From Piromyces finnis finn (taxonomy: Eukaryota; Fungi; Neocallimastigomycota): DNA of 64,000 nucleotides. Of the stretch, positions 57,301 to 64,000 are shown piece by piece. Every line of letters begins with the position of its first letter. The first letter of the stretch is position 1. The DNA lies in contig MCFH01000007.1 in NCBI GenBank assembly GCA_002104945.1, forward strand, positions 124,001 through 188,000, given 5' to 3'. The translations under genes were made by a program, and so were the position numbers. The notes beneath the pieces were generated by a model. That model saw nothing but the letters and a program-made list of their open reading frames with translations, searched no databases and was not told where the DNA came from.

Positions 57301-59360
57301 TTAATAAACTATATATTAAACCAGACACTAATCTATAATTTATTTCAAAAAATTCTGGTCAAAAAAAAATATGCCGTTGAATTAAACTAATAAAATAAAA
57401 TAATAAAAAAGGAAAGAGAAAATGAACAGATTAATTTCCTTTATATTCTTGGCTTTAAATGAATAGAAAAAAATTGATTTCTTTATTTTAATAATAAAAA
57501 TAAAAATAATAATTAATATTATTATTATTACTTTTAATTATTTATTTTTAAAATAAGAAAGTTAAATAAATTTTATTATTTGCTAAATATTAATTCTATA
57601 TTGTTATATAAAGTTAAAAAAAAAAGTACTCCTTTTCAATTAGCATCATTCTAAAAGTAAATAGTCTAGATAAATAAGAAATAACTAGCAGCATATGGAT
57701 AATTAGATGAATAAATTTCTTTTTTATATTATTTGTTAATATAATTTATCAATTAAAATATAATTAAATTTTAATTAAATTTAAATTAATATATAATTTA
57801 TAGAATAATTTTTTTAATAATAAATAATTTAAATATAAAATAAAATTAATTTTCCTAATCTACATATTAAATATATTAAATAGAAAGAATGATAAATTAA
57901 AATAATTAAATATTAATTAATTAAATTATATCTATCATTTTTATATATTAATAAATTTAACATGAAAATCTTTTTAATATTAATTTATATATATAATACT
58001 TTATATGTCTATTTATTTTAGATTAATGATTAATTAGTTTATCCGCAATTAATAATTCTAGATTCCTTCACCAATCATCAATAATTTTAAAAAATAGAGT
58101 TTAATAAAGATTTTCTGTCAAAACTTCAACATTTAATATGCGCAAGTGAATACTTCCTATTGTAGACATATTAATACCATCATATTGAATACTATTGTAT
58201 TAATAATCCATAGAATAAAATATAAAAAAAAAAGTTACTTTATTTTATATCCTTTTATAGAATTCTTTTTTTTTCTTTCATTATGATCTCAATTAATAGA
58301 CAATATTACAATAATCATTTATCATTTATATTTTATGTAGTAACTAGTATAGTATTACGCTTACATTCATCTATATATCTTTGTTATTAAAAAATATATA
58401 TACCCTCTTTTTATATTTTTAAAATATTTATAATAATGTATTCAAATGATATATGTATGTATAAAGAGAAACTATATATTTATTATTACTTGCTTATATC
58501 GCCTCTCTTAGATTCTAATAAACCTATAAAAATTAATATAAAACTATGAATAATCATTTTCGTAAAAAAAAAAAATTATTAAAAGTGCCATCTCTATAAA
58601 AATGATAAAGATAAAGATCATAAAGTTGTATTTATAAAATAACTAAAAAATATAATTTTTTTTCAATCTATATTAATATTTTAATGTAATGTATATATTT
58701 ATATGGATTTATAATAATAATTTACAATCTTACTCTTCATCTTAAATTATAATAATACTATTATTTTATAATCCATTATATAAACAAAAAAAAAAAGAAT
58801 AATATAAAAGGTAAAAACCTTTTTTGTCCAAATATTATAATAAAATAAATAATAATAATAAAAAATATTGATGTAACATTTAACAAAATATTATTACATT
58901 CTGTATTTGAAAAACATTTAATTTCAATTGTTTATCATTATTTTTATGTATAATGAAATAATGAAATAATAAAATAATTATAAATTTTATTAAATTAAAT
59001 ATTAAAAATTTTAAAGAATTTAACCCTTAAAATTAAAAATAAAAAAAAACTTTATAGTTATAATTATATAAATAAGATTAATTTTATATAATATTTATAA
59101 TACTTTATTAGTAATTTCCTTATATATTATATATTAAGATATTGAAAGTTTTATATATACATATCTCTTTTTTTTTTATTCATATTATTCAATATTCAAA
59201 TATAATTAAATGGTAATATGTTTTCTTTTAGAGAAAAAAATATATATTAACTTTTTTTTGAAATTTCTATTAAAATATACTGTTTTGTAGAAACGAAATT
59301 AATAATATGTATCATTTAAAAGTATTCATTAAAAAAAAAAGTTTGTAATTTAACCTACTT

Positions 59361-59486
59361 AATTTGTTTTCAGTACAAAAAATTAAACTATGCTATGAAA
59401 GTAGGGTAAAATATTTAAGTGATAATTTGTTTTCAGTACAAAAAATTAAACTATGCTATGAAAGTAGGGTAAAATATTTAAGTGAT
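59361..59486. repeat. Perfect 63-bp tandem duplication (2 copies)
   Basis: aatttgttttcagtacaaaaaattaaactatgctatgaaagtagggtaaaatatttaagtgat occurs at 59361-59423 and 59424-59486. Confidence 0.95.
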
Positions 59487-60542
59487 GTTTCATTATTTAA
59501 TATGTATAAAAAAAAAAAAAATTAATTGAATTTTTCTTTAAATAATTAATAGGTATATGATGAATGGTTTAATAACTTTTAAAAAATGCGTATATATTTT
59601 ATTATCAATACTAGTTAATAACTATTGTTAAAGTATTTTAAAAAATATAAATATCCATTGAAATTAGTTGCTTCAGATAATAATAATTCACTAATAATTA
59701 ATAAGTTTATATTATTGAAATAGATTAACTAGTTTTAAAATTTTTAAAGTTATTTCATTGGTTATTCATCAGTCATACATCAATTCTGCCAAACCATAAA
59801 AAATAAAGGATAAGACGTATAATATCACAATAATAAAATAATTTAATTATGAAATTAATAAAAATATATTAAAAGCATTTCTATTTTTTATTTTTTTGAT
59901 TTTAAAATTTTTTAATAATTTTGAAATTTGAATTTTAAATTTTGAAATTTTGAAATTTTGAAATTTGAAAATTTTAACAAAAATAACTAAATAATAATAA
60001 CAGTATATAATAATCAAATATTAATAAAGTTTCTTTTTATATTATTGAAGCAATAATATTAAAAGAAGTGAAAAAAATAAGCGTATATATATATATATAA
60101 AATGTTCTTTTTCTTCATTTAAGAGAAATCAAAAAAAAAAAAAAAATCAAAAAAAAAATAAAATATAAGGAAATCACATTGGTAAAATAGCAACAATAAT
60201 AATATATACATACCAAATAAAAAAAAACAAAACTTTTTTTTTTAATATAGATATCAAAAAGAATAATATCTATTTTTAAAAGAAAAATAATTAGATATAT
60301 TTAGAATTAAAAGCCAATTTAGAAATTTAAATAAACTCCACTTAATAATTTAATAAACATAAATAAAAAGAAAAGAAAAAAGGAATTATCCAATATTTTC
60401 TTAATTTCTTTACTCAGTTAATTGGTAAGTCTAAAATTTCTCACATTTATTATAAATTGAAAATAAGTTATTTTTTTTTTCTAATATAATGAATCTTTTG
60501 AAATAGTAGTATAATTATAAAAGAAAAAAAAAACTTTAAAAC

Positions 60543-62618
60543 ATGGGACTTCAAACATGGCAGTACCTGCTTGGAATTTCATATGTTAATACCGATAATC
60601 AGGGCAATTCCATTTATTCTTCTGATTTTCAATTCAATCAATCCATGTCTATATCAGATTCGAGGCAATCCATCAATAGTACAGCCACTCAAAATTCATT
60701 ATCAGAAGCTCAAAATGAAATTCTTTCCACCATCGAAAATCATTTTAAAATGTTAAATGATAAATTACAAAAAAAAGGTTTATATAATATTTAATAATAC
60801 TAATAATACTAATATTAATGATAGAAAACAATATAGATATATATTCTTATAAATAAATTATTTTAATTTTTTTTATTTATTGATAAATTTTAAATATGAT
60901 TCAATTACTATCATCTTGTAATTAATAAGAGCAAATGGAAAACTATATGGGAATTATCATTGGTTTTACAAGTCTAACTTCATCATTTTTAATATCTATA
61001 CCATTTTCAATTATAAGAAATAGAACTAGGGTAATTATTCTACACTAATATAAATTTAATTTAAAATATATAGTCTTATTAATTATGAAATGTTTATTTT
61101 TTTTTCTCAAATATTTTTTTTATAATATATTAATTAATTAGGCTATATCATTACTTAATGTCAGAGATAGAGAATTAATACAATACTTTAGCAATTTTTC
61201 AGAATTTCCAGAAGGAAGATTAATTATGGAATGTTGTGCAGAAAGTTTATTATATCAAAGTTGTTTTACCCTCACTGAAAATATTGTGGATAATATTGAA
61301 AATTTAATGGGAAACCCAAAGGAAAAGAAAAAAGAAGAAAAAAATAAAAAATTAAAAAAGAATCAAGTAACAAAGAAAGAAGATAAGCCTTCTCTCATGA
61401 AAACAATTATAGTAAAAAGGTAAACAAAAAAATTGTTCATTATGCATAATAAGTGAAAAAAAAAAAAAAAATTAAATTTAAATTAAAAATTAAAACTAAT
61501 ACTAATATTAATTATTTATATATATCTATTTCATTTTTATCCTATTCCCTATTACAAAATATATATGTACCAATGTATATATATATAGTATTGGCTTTAT
61601 TATAAGTTACCCAATGTACAAAAGTTATATTTGCCATCCAATTAATTATCCAAAAAATATGATTCAAAACTATAAAAGTATTTTTCTCTCTATAAAAAAG
61701 AAAATAATAAATAGTTTTATACGAGATGGTTTTAAATCAAAAACACAAGGCGTGATCACATCTAACATTGTTAATCAAACTGTATCTTCCTTCCCTTCAT
61801 CTTCTACTTATGACCATGCCTGCTTAGAACGTATGCCTATCATAGATACAACACCTTGGTATTCACCTTTCTTTACTACCATCTTTTATTGGATATCCTA
61901 CGATGTAATAGAAATGTTAATTTATAAAGGTATTTCTCATTTATATTTCAATAATATCAATAGTAATAATCATAAAGCAATTCAAAGAAAACCAATACCA
62001 AGTCGTCAAAATAGTCAAAGTCAACATCTTGGACAACAAGAACAAAATATTAACGATGATGTTAATAATAACTCAACCTTCCCACCATCATCAATATCAA
62101 CTTCTCAAACTCAAGATCAACAACCCCAATCACAATCATCATCCAACAAAGAACAAAGACAAAATAATGGAAGATCACCTCAACATGCCAAGTTGATGAA
62201 AACTTCCACAATGTTAAAAAGAGTTTATATTGATATTTTTTGTCGTTTAGCTAGTAATCTTCTTACCAAAATTATTACCTATCCAATTGATACTGTATGT
62301 GTAAAACTTTTAACAAATGGTTCAAATATTAAACCTACCTATCGTCATGTCTCAAAACCTTCTTTCCCTCTATCTGATACCTATCCTCTTTTAAACAAGA
62401 ATATTCATGGTTTTTGGAGTTGTTGTCAACATATCTATCAAACCAAAGGTATTCTTGGTTTTTATGAAAACTTTCTATATGGAATGGTACCTGAAATTAT
62501 TTTCAATACTGTTATTTTGGAAATTACTTATTACGCTTCCAACTATATCTTAAAATACGTGGAATCTAAATATGAAATAATACCCAAATCTAAATATAAA
62601 AATAGAAAAAAGAAATAA
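60543..62618 (+). CDS. Degenerate mitochondrial-carrier-fold protein, SLC25A46/Ugo1-like; multi-exon
   Basis: Spliced translation has three degenerate carrier repeats (GFTSLTSSFLISIPFSIIRNR; GFIISYPMYKSY; LLTKIITYPIDTVCVKL) and GFWSCCQHIYQTKGILGFYENF. It also has a polar N-terminal extension and long polar loops. Only the third repeat keeps a near-canonical PxD signature, the pattern seen in SLC25A46/Ugo1. Confidence 0.6.
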
Positions 62619-63622
62619 GAAAAAAAAAAAAAGAAAGAAAGAAAAAGAGATAAATTAATAATAAAATATTACATAGGAAATATTTATAATAAATAAATTC
62701 AATGAATAACAAGATATCACTATTTTATTTACTTAATACCGAACTACATATATAGAATATTAAATACTTTCACCTAATTTTAATAAAATATAAAAAAAAA
62801 AAAATTTAAAAAAAAAAAAAATAAATGAATAAAAATATTATTTTATTTTATAAAGAAACAATAATATATATAGAAAAGGAATAATGAAAATTTTAAATAA
62901 AAAAAAATAAAAAAAAAAAAATAATAATAACAATAAAAAATAAAATAAAATAAAAAAAAATATTTATCAAATAAGTAAATAATAATATTTTGATATAATT
63001 TTTAATGCTTATCCATTTTGATATTCTTTTTTTTTTTTATAAAAAAAAAAAGAAAAGAAAAAAAAAGAAATGCAAATATTAAATTTTGTAATGTGTATCA
63101 AAAGTAAAAGATTCATAAAAGAATTAAAGAAACCTTTTTTTATAACTTTGTTCCTTGCCCATTATATTACTATATTATTATTATTTATTCAAATTAAAAT
63201 TAAATATTTCAATAATATATTATTAAATTTGATAATAAATTTCATATTTATGATCCCTCTCCTTTACGAAAAAGGAAAAAACACTAAACCTTCAACTCTT
63301 TTTTAAAGAAAAATTTAAAATGTTATTCATTTTTTAAAAATTAGTATTATATTAAATAATACACAAGTTTATTTTTATTGTAATTGACTTTTAAAAATTA
63401 TTGGTATTGAAAAATACCGCTTAAATTATAATAATTGATTTAATCTTTAATGTATTATTCTATAAATTCATGGAAAAATATATTTTCAAAATAAAATTTA
63501 AAATGTAAAATTGATTATATTATTTTGCGCTTTGTAGTATGGAACCGTGTTTCATATATTTAAAGATGTTTTAATTTAAAACATTCTGCTGAAAATCATT
63601 ATTATTTTATAAAATGTCATTC

Positions 63623-63895
<273 letters not shown>

Positions 63896-64000
63896 CTATT
63901 ATTTTTTTTTTATTTGTTTTAATAAAAATATTTAATAATTCTATTCTTTTATGCCTTGAATACTATTTTTAACATTTAATTACTAATTTTACAAAAATAA

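Noticed and set aside
59895-59975. Imperfect ttttgaaa tandem array and the 29-bp duplication near 30708-30762
   Set aside because: Low-complexity slippage products with no spacer diversity; not CRISPR-like, and the window is eukaryotic.

Overview
Extremely AT-rich, intron-rich eukaryotic DNA with short GT-AG introns, long A/T runs and (AAT)n microsatellites. The composition and gene content fit an anaerobic gut fungus (Neocallimastigomycota), which is an inference. Spliced genes reconstructed by eye, in order: GPATCH1-like (5' end outside the window), UBE2C-type E2, CCA-adding enzyme, FSIP1-like coiled-coil protein, PEX11-family protein, cytohesin-like Sec7+PH ARF-GEF, cyclic-nucleotide-binding-domain protein, BET1-like SNARE, two tandem MFS sugar porters, SLC25A46/Ugo1-like carrier, and the last exon of histone H3. 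Mobile DNA: a 5'-truncated non-LTR retrotransposon with an intact RT-to-CCHC reading frame lying between the two sugar porters, a diverged 3' fragment of the same family at 4.8-5.2 kb, and a short third remnant. The best unexplained signal is a 382-bp, 38% GC, structured non-coding insert at 32.2-32.6 kb flanked by an exact 14-bp direct repeat and ending in a hairpin plus A-tail, a candidate SINE or retroposed RNA. Also notable: both sugar porters replace the canonical TM7 Gln-Gln substrate contacts with His-Met; one paralog lacks two introns present in the other; and there is a PEX11 gene in an apparently anaerobic fungus. All calls are from motif recognition without database searches, and exon boundaries are approximate where stated.
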